From: Paraspadella gotoi
Lineage: Eukaryota > Animalia > Chaetognatha
Length of the DNA stretch: 64,000 bases
Reading direction: 5' to 3'
NCBI GenBank assembly: GCA_051294375.1
Contig: CM119265.1
Location: 25,738,767-25,802,766, forward strand
The first letter of the stretch is position 1. Each line of letters opens with the position of its first letter. The translations under genes and the position numbers were made by a program. The notes beneath the pieces were generated by a model. The model was not told the DNA's origin and made no database searches. It saw only the letters and a program-made list of their open reading frames with translations. Below, piece by piece: positions 34,798-52,401 of the stretch.

Positions 34798-34934
34798 ATC
34801 AGTTTTCAACCTGTTCCGGCCTAATATATATATATATATAATATATATATGCATATGGTAAAAAAAAACGCATGGGATGCTAGAAAAGGCAATCCCTAAG
34901 CCTAACATTACATAGTAATATTGTAAGGTTCTTC

Positions 34935-40714
<5,780 letters not shown>

Positions 40715-41388
40715 TTTTATCCGATGCGATTAAAGTTCCACCTAAATATAGAAGGGTCGTTTGTATATTTATAAAATTCAGATATTATTAAGTCAGACTT
40801 TTTCGTCGCATTTTGATGCAAATAAAAAAATATATATTAGGGAAGGTTGAGAACCTAAGGTAGAACTCGATGGATCAGTTTTTCTAAATAGGACTCAACA
40901 GTCAACAGGTGTTCCGTTTCTTATTCGTCCACAACGATTGACATAAAAATGTTATAAAAAAGTTATAAAAAACCACATACAAACAAACGAAAGTGCATAT
41001 GTCGGAGAATTAAAAGGAGGTATGGGAAAGAGAATACTTTCTGATGAAAGAAAAAGAATGAATTGACATTTTTTGAAGAGGCAATGACGATGACGAAGCT
41101 AAGATGATAATGATGATGACGATGATTATGATGATGATGATGATACTCAATAGAATCAAAAGAGAAAAAAAAAGAAAATAAAAAATAAACCCAAAAAAAG
41201 AGTAACTTTTAAATGTCAAAAATGAATATTAATTCTTTATACATTAAAAATGTAAATTAAAAAAAAAACAACCGAAAAACAGGATATACTTTTTTGTTGG
41301 ACAAAACGAAATTTTAGGAACTTTTAACGAAATATAGCGTGAAAAAGTTAACGTGAAATTTTGAGTGAGAGCGGGAGAGAGAGAGAGT

Positions 41389-41428
<40 letters not shown>

Positions 41429-41499
41429 GGACGTGTCGCCTTCCCCTCGTTGACAGAAACTACGATCTTGAGAGAACTTTAAATTTTTTTTTATCAGTT

Positions 41500-41642
41500 T
41501 TGTACTTAGTGTTTGTTTTGTTCCTTTGATTTATTTTGTATTTAGTGTTTGTTTTGTTCCTTTGATTTATTTTGTATTTAGTGTTTGTTTTGTTCCTTTG
41601 ATTTATTTTGTATTAAGTGTTTGTTTTGTTCCTTTGATTTAT
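41500..41642. repeat. 36-bp tandem repeat, ~4 copies
   Basis: TTAGTGTTTGTTTTGTTCCTTTGATTTATTTTGTA repeated. Confidence 0.9.
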
Positions 41643-41691
41643 CATTCGACGCAGTCATCGGAATTTTTCGTAAAACGTGTGTCCGTATTAA

Positions 41692-42291
41692 GGCGTAGTG
41701 AAAATTACATACAAAATTCTAAAAATCAATTATGAACAACATACCATCAGTGAACATTAATTTATAAAAAAAAATTAATTTTATGTTTTTTAATTTTCGC
41801 AGTAGGCTATATTTATATATATACTATCCTTATAAAATCGAAAAATTTCAAAATAGGTTTTTCTTAATTTTGATTGCAGATTTTAATTCCTCGTCAAAAG
41901 TGATAAAAGAAAATATAAATCATTTTTAAAAATTCTTTCATTAAGTGGGTTAAAAATTAAAAAAACTATATTTAATATATAAAAAGTTAATTTTCAGCTT
42001 AAAATATAGCTTTTTAATTTTTGACCCACTAATGAAGGAATTTTTCAAAAAGAGTTATATTTCTTTTATATAACTTTTTATGACGAATCCAAATCTGCAA
42101 AAAAATCTTTAAAAAACTGTTTTGAATTTTAACATTTATTGGTTTAGTACTAGTATAAAATATGGCCTACTGCGTAAATTGTAAAATTATTAAAAATTTT
42201 TTTATTACATAAATGTTCATTAATATAATGATTGTTCGTTCCTCACTTTTAGAATTTTAATTAAAGTTAAATTTAGAAATTTTACTACGCC
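41692..42291. mobile_element. ~600-bp AT-rich foldback / MITE
   Basis: Termini GGCGTAGT...ACTACGCC; internal inverted blocks CGCAGTAGGC/GCCTACTGCG and AGTGGGTTAAAAATTAAAAA/TTTTTAATTTTTGACCCACT; related fragment at ~14110-14250. TSD unclear. Confidence 0.7.
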
Positions 42292-42376
42292 CGTACTATA
42301 TCGAACAGAAGGTTTAAGGGTTAAGAGGCGGTGGCTTCCTTGACGAAGAAAAAAAAAGAAAGAAAGAAAGAAAGAA

Positions 42377-42428
<52 letters not shown>

Positions 42429-43185
42429 AGCAAGGAAGACAGAAAGAAAGAAGAAAAGAAAGAAAGGAAGGAAGACAGAAAGAAAGAAATAAAGAAAGAA
42501 AGAGAAAAGAAAAAAAAAAGAAAAGAAAAAGAGGAGATCAAAACCGTCATAGTAATGTCTTTTTTTTCTTTTAGGCCTTTTTCCCCGCGCGATGTCGCGT
42601 GAGGGCAAATAGTAAAAGATCTTTTTTGGTCCTCGTCGCCTCATCCCAGTTTTTCTTGTCTCCGTCAGACCCGTTTAATGTCGGCGGGTCAAAGAGTATT
42701 TCTCGGTTATAAAAAGCCACGTTGCCAAGGGGTTAGGCCGCTTGTCCTAAAACAAGTTTGAGCAAACAATGTCGGATCTGCCCACGATCATTATCGTTAA
42801 TTAATTCATTAATAATTAAATAATTCAAGTTAATTAATTAATTAGGCAATTTATTAATTAATTTGATCCCAAATATTTGTTTTTAGGTCTTTTTGTCATT
42901 AACCACGATAAAAGCAATGACGACGATGAGAATAATGTCGATAACAATTGACTTGATTGATTGACTGATTAATTAATTATTGACTAATTGATTAATTAAT
43001 TGATTAATTATTTGATTTATTAATATATCCTGCATTTACATTTAATATAAAAGGAAAAAGAAGCATAATCAATTAGTGAAACAGGTTCTTTGTTTTTTTC
43101 CATTTAAACTCATTTCCACTCAAACGATTTCATCGAAACTTGATTTCCAGATTGATCACACACCTTTCTCGCCAAATATTGAGGG

Positions 43186-43255
43186 GGCGGACCGACGGAC
43201 CGACAAAGTGAATTATAGAGTCGGGATCTGCTGAAAGCAGATCCGACTAAAAAAA
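43186..43255 (+). mobile_element. Helentron/HINE-like terminal relic
   Basis: GACCGACGGACCGAC repeat + AAAGTGAATTATAGAG + hairpin 43219-43248 + A tract; similar relic at ~49420-49452. Confidence 0.45.
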
Positions 43256-44046
43256 CGGTTTTGTTTTATGTTTAAATAGTTTTAACCCATGTTTTTGTTG
43301 GTTTTTTGTGCAATCAAGCATTTTAAATACTTATTAATGTACATTTTTTGAAAGGTAAAAATCACCCCTCTCTTTTACAGATCCACTGTGTCAATTTTTT
43401 TTCTGGATAATAAAATTGTCAGAAAGGTTGATCCTTAAAAACACTTAAAATAGTAAATACCAAAAAAATTCTCAAAACTACGCATTAAATTTTTTTGGTA
43501 AAACGTGTTACCAAATAAAAAAAATTTATATTTATTGTAGGCTATAAACTATGTGTATCTTCGTTTAAAAGATAATGTGCCCTGAGTTTAATCTCTGCAC
43601 TCAGAACTAAGAACTACGAACTACAAATTACAAAATATTCCGTCTTTTGTTTTCTTAAGAAATCCATTAAACTTTCAAGAGAGGTCGACACTTGTCTTCC
43701 TAATATTAGCGAATTCGAACAAAAGACGTCGAAATATTTTCAATGTCAATGTCACTCTCAGTCATACGAAATTCGCGATAAGGGGCGTCGCCCGTATCTT
43801 TCTTTCTGAAAAAAAAATGGACAAATGGAGTAAACTGTAAACTAGTTAAATTATAAAACTGCCTCTTTTTCGTATTGAAGTTTTTTACTGGTTTGAAGAT
43901 ATCAATTCTTATATTTTTTGTTTACTATACTTCAATATATTTATAATAGCGATATAATAGTAAAAAAATTAAAATAATAAAAACTGATAATGTTTGCAAT
44001 TAAAAAAACTTGAAAAATAACATTTTTCTAAAAATACTTCTTAAAA

Positions 44047-45083
44047 ATGCGCAACAATTCTTGCGGCGCTCTTCCGGATCCTCCAACGGGCTGCGCCGAG
44101 TGGATCCGCTGCGTCGGTGGCAGCGTAATCGGCGCGTCCTGCGACGNNNNNNNNNNAGTCATACGAAATTCGTGATAAGGGTCGTCGCCCGTATCTTTCT
44201 TTCTGAAAAAAAATGGACAAATTGAGTAAACTGTAAACTAGTAAAATTATAAAACTGCCTCTTTTTCGTATTGAATTTTTTTACTGGTTTGAAGATATCA
44301 ATTCTTATATTTTTTGNNNNNNNNNNNNNNNNNNNNNNNNNNNNNNNNNNNNNNNNNNNNNNNNNNNNNNNNNNNNNNNNNNNNNNNNNNNNNNNNNNNN
44401 NNNNNNNNNNNNNNNNNNNNNNNNNNNNNNNNNNNNNNNNNNNNNNNNNNNNNNNNNNNNNNNNNNNNNNNNNNNNNNNNNNNNNNNNNNNNNNNNNNNN
44501 NNNNNNNNNNNNNNNNNNNNNNNNNNNNNNNNNNNNNNNNNNNNNNNNNNNNNNNNNNNNNNNNNNNNNNNNNNNNNNNNNNNNAACGGGCTGCGCCGAG
44601 TGGATCCGCTGCGTCGGTGGCAGCTTAATCGGGGCGTCCTGCGACGTCAGCGCCAAATCCGGATTCCACGTGGTCTACTTGGAATCAGGGACTGGAGTTT
44701 CTTGTCGATGGAACTTCGATGTACTTGTGGACCCGAAGCCTGAATGGAATGTGGAAGCAGAATGCCAAGAGGACAAGACATCAATGTGGGTTGTACAATT
44801 GTTCATTGTAGAAGATTTATGAAATATCGAATTATCTCTTGACTAGTCTATAACGGCCAGGTCCAAAGTATGTACGTTGTACAGATTACAGAAGGCCAGT
44901 GAATTATCGATAAATATTTCAAATTATAAAAGTTTAAACATTTTTCATTTCACAAATTTTTATCGCTTTATTAATTTTTAAATTTTTTTTCTAAGGTGGG
45001 TTCTGTACTTAGTCGGAGTCATCGTCCTTTTGACTTTCGCCGTGACTCTCAAATTTTGGAAGTATTGTTTTTGCAAACGGTGA
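44047..45083 (+). CDS. Small single-pass membrane protein with a divergent Sushi/CCP-like domain (5' end uncertain; crosses gaps)
   Basis: SCGALPDPPTG..RC..IGASCDVSAKSGF..VSC..PEWNVEAEC (joined from 44047-44146 and 44585-44785) splices in phase 2 to 44996-45083: MWVLYLVGVIVLLTFAVTLKFWKYCFCKR. Confidence 0.55.
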
Positions 45084-46054
45084 GGCGATAAAATGAAATG
45101 CCTGTGAAAAATAATTGGTCGGAAGGTAGTAGCGTTCATTGCTCAACGTCTCAAGACATCCCGCTCTGGACAACGAGGTCCAGTATTCTGTCCGGAACCG
45201 AAGACCGGAAGCTTAAACCAGTTTTCGGGTCTCGCGGTTTCCTTTCATCGCTGGCGAATTGATACGATCCTTTTTGTGACACTTGTCACCAATGACGATG
45301 TAGTATGTTTTTTTTTTGTTTTTTTTTTTGGTCTGTTTTCGAATTTGGTGAAACTGTGGATTCGAAACCAGAATCTCCGATGCAAGAGTGAGCCATCACC
45401 GTGAACTCACAATGCCTCACTTATCAAGTTCCTTAATATAAGACTTAATATATATATAAATTAAGAACCTTGAAAAAGAATCGCGACCACAAAAATACCC
45501 CCCCCCTATTTCCTCCGTCCCATTCCATGAACAGCCTTTTTGTCGTCGCGTCGTTCGTCTTAAACAACAACAACGCAACGATGCCAGCGCGACGGTGTTA
45601 CTTCCCATTACTTGGAAATTTCCAAAAAAAGAAACGCGTTGAAGAGAGAGGAGAGAGAGAGGAGAGAGAAGAGAGAGAGAGAGAGAAGAGAGAAGAAGAG
45701 AGAGAGAGAGGAAGAGAGAGAAGAGAGACGATGAACAAACAAAAGGTGAATATACAAAAAATAATAAACAATTAAAGCAGATGAACATTTTCTGCATTCC
45801 CGTTTTTTTCCTGTTAAGATCTTTCTTCTGTCTTCTCTCTCTCTTCTCTTCTCCTCTCTCTCTCTCTCTCCTCTCTCTCCTTTTCGGGTGAAACAGGATT
45901 CTCCGTATTAAAAATTAAATTTTAATTAAATTTATAATTTTCGTTCACCTCGTATTTAATGGCTCTAATTACAGTAACCCGTGATGATTCATCCCGTCCA
46001 AAGAAAGTTCACTGTACCGCTCGTTTGCTCTTTTTTTTTTTTTAAATGTACAGC

Positions 46055-46709
46055 AATTTGGAGATTTTGTATCTAGAAGCGACTGAAGACTCGATTTTGA
46101 AAATTTTAGTCGGTCTGTCTACATTTTACAGATACAAAACAAGTTGTTGATATATTGTACATAGTTAGAAACAACGCCTTGATTACCTCAATTGCTCATT
46201 TCTTATTTGTCTGATATTGTATATGTTTATATGCATCTGTATTACAATTTTATATGAATAAAAATACCTCAATATAATTATATATCTAATTATGTATGAA
46301 TTTTAAGGTTCTTTTCACAAAAATGCGAAAAGACCGTGAATTTTTAACTAGTTATTTGAAACAATTAAAAACCGATGTGAGATAGTATTTCTATATTAAC
46401 TTTTACTTGATTATGTTCAAAAATACCTGGAATAGCTATTAAAGCTTTAGTTATGTAAACTTGACGAAACACTGTGTTTCGTTGTTTCGTTTCCCGCGCT
46501 TCCAAGGGAGAAAACAACCGCGAAATATCGACGCCAACGGCGAAAAACTGAACGAACGGCGACACCAGCCGAGTTGAACTATTTTTAGCAGCGGGAAATT
46601 TTCTTTCTCTTTTCTTCTTTCTTGTTACTAGTTTATTTTTTGTTTCTTGTTTCCCTTTCATTTATAATAACCGATTTTTTTTTTATCTGATTATTTTTTA
46701 TGGTCTCAT

Positions 46710-46752
<43 letters not shown>

Positions 46753-47147
46753 CTCTTTCTTTCTCTCTTTTTATCTCTTTCTGTTTTCAGTCTTCCTTTC
46801 CATTTCCTTCCCTTTCTTTCTTTGACACCTCTCTTTAGTTTTTCTTTCCATTGTTTCCTCTCTCTCTCTCTCTCTCTTTTTCTTCGTTTGTTTTCGTTTT
46901 ACCTTTTCCTAATCTTTTCTCGGTCTTCGACCAACTTCCCAAAAGTTTTCCCCCTTGAATTCATATCTTCCAACAATCTAATAACGTCACAATAAAATAA
47001 TCAATAAATATTAAAAACAAAACTTGAAAGTCTTTCTCACAAAACGGCCTCTCTAAAGATGCAGTGAATTTGAACCCCTAAACTTTCTGGACAGATAACG
47101 CAACCCCACCCAAAGAAAAACAATTATCGAAAAAAAAAATACGAACC
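46055..47147 (+). repeat. ~1.1-kb direct repeat, left copy
   Basis: Colinear with 61442-62385 plus 63292-63445. Confidence 0.9.
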
Positions 47148-47235
47148 TTTATTTTTTTCTTTCTTTCTTTTGTATTGGTTTAAAACAAATTCCCGAATTT
47201 TGGGTTAATACTTCTCAAATCTTTGTTGGAAACTT

Positions 47236-47275
<40 letters not shown>

Positions 47276-47310
47276 TATTTTTGAAATGAAAATTTTGTGA
47301 CTGTTATTAA

Positions 47311-47373
47311 GCGCTGAAGAAGACTTGCATTTGCAAATGAACAAAGTCGAAACATGTCCCAAATGAATAAAAA
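47311..47373 (+). ncRNA. Minimal Penelope-type hammerhead-like motif with degenerate stem I
   Basis: CTGAAGA-A-GACTT...AAGTC-GAAACATGTC, followed by AATAAA. Confidence 0.45.
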
Positions 47374-48100
47374 CTATCTTTGTCGCTAACAAATATTGTT
47401 ATTTTCTACTCGGTTCAAACTGGCTAAAAAGAGCATCTCGGCTTACAATTCTCTCCTTTCCCCCCCCCCCCACTTTGATTGTCAAATGAAACGGGACCCA
47501 CGATTGTCTCGTTTCGACCTCAAAATAAATCACATTTTTAAATCTGTCCTTGAATCAAATTCAGTACCAATGCGGGGTCTTAGTTATCATTCCCTGATGT
47601 TACGCAATTCTCCGTTGATTTACAAGAGTTCTCGAAATACTTTCGTGCAGATTTCGTGAAAGGACGATTTTAATCGGGGCGAATTTGAAAGATGAATTTG
47701 AATTTTTAATTTTATTCATATCTTGATTGAAATTGGCCTTTTTTTTTATTAATTGTAATTCACATTTAATATAAAAAGAAAAAAATAATAATCAAAAAGT
47801 GAAATAGGTTGGTAATTGTAATTGTAAACGATATTAGCTCGTCGCCTAAAGACGAGCTTTTGACCGCCACGTAGAATATACAACGTGATAATAATATATA
47901 AACCATACAGTAGTTAACCGTAGTTAACCTTATTCTACGGCCAGAATTATAAAATAAAATATTTTTGTTCATTAAGACGCAATCTTTTATTTAACTATTA
48001 AAAAAGTTTTAATTAAAATTCATACATTCAATGTATTATATAAAATTTAAATATTAACTATTAACATTTTAGATATCAAATAATTTTTTTTAAAAAAATT

Positions 48101-51100
48101 CTACAATTTTCGTAAAGTGTTTTTTGTCTTTTTTTCCTGAAGACGTAAGTGGAATTTCCTTTAAAAATCTTGACTCCACCGCGCAGCCTGTTCAAGACAG
48201 TCGTCCGCGCGGCCACGAAGTCTTCCAGGTCCTGTGCCGAAACACCTCGTGTCGGCTGCAGCACGACGAAGGCTCTGGGCTCAACTCCTTCGCCGACGGA
48301 AACGCCGACGACGACGCAATCGAAGACGGCAGGGTGCGTCAGAAGGATGCCCTCGATAAGGGCCGGAGCCACGTGTTGACTAAAGGGAAAGAGATTAAAA
48401 ATATGATCATGTGAGGGGGGATTTTTGTATACAATTGAAGCAGTTTATAGAATCGTATACGTCATTTTATAGCAGGGGGGTATGTGGTTGGTTGGTATGA
48501 TGGTATGGTGTGGTATGATCATTTACCGAGGTAAATATTAATATTAAATATTCAGAGCAATAGAATAAAAATTTATCAAAACTTAACAGGATACGATAAT
48601 ATGCAAATGAGATTAAGGAACTCAATCTCTTTGAAATAATCCGCAAATTAATCTGCTACAATTAATATCGAAGCCAAGTACTCTGCGCGTTAATAACCCT
48701 ACTTTTACATTGAAAGTAAATATTGAAATTAATTTATTGATAGGAATACAGCTGACTACATAAATGTTCCTCCAGTGGTTTTAAGTTCATAAATTAGAAT
48801 AAAGTCATCCAATCATAACAGTAATATGGGAGATATATCATAGTAATTCTATCACAATCATAATCCCATTAAAAATCTAAATCCGACGAACCCGTCTTTG
48901 TATGAAAGAGCTCCTTTATCCTGTCCGTGATGAAGAGATGTCCGTCCGAACTAAAGCATCCAACGTCTCCCGTGTGGAACCATCCGTCAGCATCTATGAC
49001 GGACGCCGTGGCTGCGGGGGCGTTCAAGTAGCCCTTCATCAAAGCGGGATTTTTGATGCAGATCTCGCCCTCGCTGGTCGGTGGTAGGTCGAAGCCAGTG
49101 GAAGGGTCAGTTATCTTAGAAAAGGAAAGGTAAGTATTTATGTAGAAATTTGGGGAAAAAAAGAAAGAACGATTAAAAATGATTCCAAAGCAACAACAAC
49201 AAAAACAGAAGACATGAACGAGAATAAAAAACAAAGAAACATTTATAAAGTAGTAAAAGGTACGTATTTAATAAAAACGAAACAAGAAACAGAAAGTGTT
49301 GTAAACATATATTATTATGCATTTCATGGTACATGACCGGGTATGACTGATTAAAATGATGCAGTATTAAGCACCTAAGTTTTGATCAATTAAAACATAA
49401 GTGAAAAAAAGAGACAGAGGGACCAACCAACCGACCTAAAGTGACTTATATAGATTTGCGAGGTATTCTCACATTCTCAGCGCAAAATAACCTTAATTTG
49501 GACGTTGGGCAACTGAACGCCAACGGATCCTGGATGCTTGACTCTCTTTCCCTTTGGCACAGTGGTCAATGTTCCACCCTATGAATAAAAAAGTAAACTA
49601 TGAATATAATCTTAACCAGAGTAGTAATATATATTCTCATATGTTATATTATATAATATATAATTATATATATGTGGATAAGGCGCTAAGTGGGCAGAAG
49701 ATAACTATCCGTAGTATCTATAACCCCCTCTTGCAGACATGGAACGGGTCCTGGGCTTGGAAACAGGCTTGAGGGTTTGCCACGCCCCCAAAACGGCTTA
49801 CGGCCGTCCTCACTCTTCCCGCAGGGTAGGTACCGGGTTGGGATTGAACCCGGAACCTAGTGGTCATGAGCTGATGGCTTTACTCAATGAGCCACCGGGT
49901 CACAACTGAACGAGTCTTGCTTATAGACAGGGTGAACCTAGGCAATGCCCGACTACATGCCCCCCACAAGATTGTAACCACCCTGCACTGCTTCCAGTGG
50001 AGGGAGGGGAGCAATCTTCGGCACGTCCATGGGCCTGGAATCAGAAGGTTGGAATACGTTCGACAGGATAGGCCCACCAGTGTGGATAAGGCGCTAAGTG
50101 GCAGAAGATGACTATCTGTAACTTTTATAACCCCTCTAGCAGACATGGAACGGGTCCTGGGCTTGGAACCAGGCTTGAGGGTTAGCCACGCGCCCAAGTT
50201 GGCTTACGGCCGTCCTCACTCTTCCCGCAAGGTAGGTACCGGTTGGGATTGAACCCGGTACCTAGTGGTCATGAGCTGATGGCTTACTCAATGAGCCACC
50301 GGGTCACAACTGAAAGAGTCATGCCTTATAGGCAGGGTGAACCAAGGCAATGCCCGACTACATATATTATATATGGCTTTCTTTAGAGTATCTTTCATAA
50401 CGTCATTTCATACCATTCTATACCTAATTCTTAATTATTTATAATTATCAGTATGTTTCTTCTTCTCTACTACATCCACAAACCTCCGTGCTTCCATATC
50501 CCTGACGAATGTCCACGACTCCCGTCCGACGACGGAACATGTCTTCAATCTCGCCGAAACGTAAGACCCGCCAGTGAGGATCGATCGAACAGATGTTAGA
50601 TCTGGAGCAGGCATTACATTGCCTTTGGCGATTGACGCCACATGCCAGGCGGTCAAGTAAAGGTACCTGAGGCAAGAAAAAAAAGATTTTACCAGTCGCT
50701 AGGTAACTCAAAATATTAGTAAATTAGTCCGAAATTTTACCAAGTGATGAAACAGTAAAATTGTTATGAGTTAGTGACAGAACCGTTCAATATAAACAGT
50801 CCCTGAGATTCGGATCAGGCTGTAACACCATGTTACAGCCGGATTAAGTGGCCCTCTCTACGCCCGACCACCGGGGTAGAACCGGACCTTTGGTTGGGAG
50901 GTGAATTTATTCACTCACTTCATGTTGTATTTTTTCACCAAACTCAAATCCCGACAAATGTCAAAGTCAGCAACAACGACACAGTTTGCTCGTTGAAGCA
51001 TGCATTTAAATGCGAGAAATGCAGTCCACCCGCGTGGGCCAAAGGCGCCTGCAACATTGTCGTATCTCCTGTGATAAAAACACGAGATCTCAAAGTAAAT

Positions 51101-52111
51101 TTCATCATTAATCAATTATTATTATTCCCTCAAATGAAGCTGCACCGTTCTAGTTCACAAATGCTTCATGCAAAAGTGCAACTGCTGGGCTACGGTGTTT
51201 TGGTGAGTGAGGACAATGCCCTTGGGGGTTCCTGTGCTGCCACTACTATTCTGGACAATTGCCGTATTGATAGCAACATCGATTTCTGGAGTCTGCTTAA
51301 AGGCAGATCCGTCATCAGTCGCAAGGTTGGTGAATGTGGTTGCATCTGAGAATGAAATTCATGAGAATATTTCAAAAATTTTTTTAACGTTATTTTTATT
51401 TTTTATCAGAAAGTCCTGATGTACTTGTACTTATAAATAATAGTTCTGAGTAAATATTGCAGAAAATGAAATTGGTTCGCTATTAAAACTTACCATAGTT
51501 TTCTTTAACTGTGTCAAAAACTATGAGAATTTTGAAGGCATCTGATTCATGATAGACTTTTCTTGCTGTATCCAAGAAATTGGAGGTACAGGCGATGACC
51601 TTCGCCTCTACCGCCTCTGCCTGACGCTTGAGTTCAACTTCATTTAGTGAAGTGTAAACGGGCGCAAACACCGCACCCAAAGCCAGCGTCGCAAAGCATG
51701 TGATAATATATTCGACGCAGTTTGACGCAATTACTGTTACACCATCCCCCTTTATAAAATGCATACAATTTATTTGTACATTGAATTTGTTTGTCTTTCT
51801 AATTCCTTCACTCATTTATTCATGCATAACTCTATTTTTTCATACATTATTGGACTTGCCTTTCCCACCCCTCTCTTTGCCAATGCACTTGCAACCCTCT
51901 CAGCCAAATAAATGATCCTTTTTGCGCTCAATGTCTCTCCAGTAGATGCAGATGTTAAGAGGATGTCTTCAGGATGTTGAAGCAAATGTGTTTTCATGAA
52001 GGTGAAGACATCAATAGCGGGGATATCAATGTTTGAAAAAGGCGATTTTACCACATTATTTCCTGTCAAACTTTTGGATGAAAAGCTGGAATTGGGAGTA
52101 TTGTTATCCAT
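48101..52111 (-). CDS. Firefly-luciferase/4-coumarate-CoA-ligase-like acyl-CoA synthetase, copy A
   Basis: Eight exons. [12 protein letters not shown]-loop, [52 protein letters not shown]; ends LRKL. Several 1-nt indels. Confidence 0.88.
49673..50362 (-). mobile_element. Complete TRIM with tRNA-derived LTRs (family 1, Helenus-like)
   Basis: LTRs 50362-50081 and 49957-49673 (TGT...ACA); PBS TGGTGGGCC 1 nt after the 5' LTR; PPT GTGGGGGGCA; TATA TSD; A box TGGCTCATTGAG and B box GGTTCAATCCC inside the LTR. Confidence 0.88.
50745..50906 (-). mobile_element. Truncated copy of tRNA-containing family 3 element
   Basis: Reverse complement aligns to ~54172-54347. Confidence 0.75.
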
Positions 52112-52401
52112 GTTGATCTTGACTGTTGAGTAAACACTCTTTTGAATTTAACTGCAAGTTTAACTACAAGTTTTTGCTGCAGACATTGAAATTTTCCTGC
52201 GGTTAATCTTGGAGATTGTGGAACATTTACAAAATTTATGATTAGCAGCAGATGACGTGTTATAACATTTTAAAATATTTATAAAAATAAATGCCTCTAG
52301 AAGTCTCTTTTTAATATTTTTTATTTATTTTAATGATTTATTATTTATTTTATCATAATAATAAATTTATTAACTTACTGGGCTTAATATAGTTTAACAA
52401 T

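Noticed and set aside
41500-41642. 36-bp repeats as a CRISPR array
   Set aside because: Head-to-tail with no spacers, in a eukaryotic context.
43759-44646. Duplication around gaps in the Sushi-like gene
   Set aside because: Near-identical sequence on both sides of N runs; assembly artefact.
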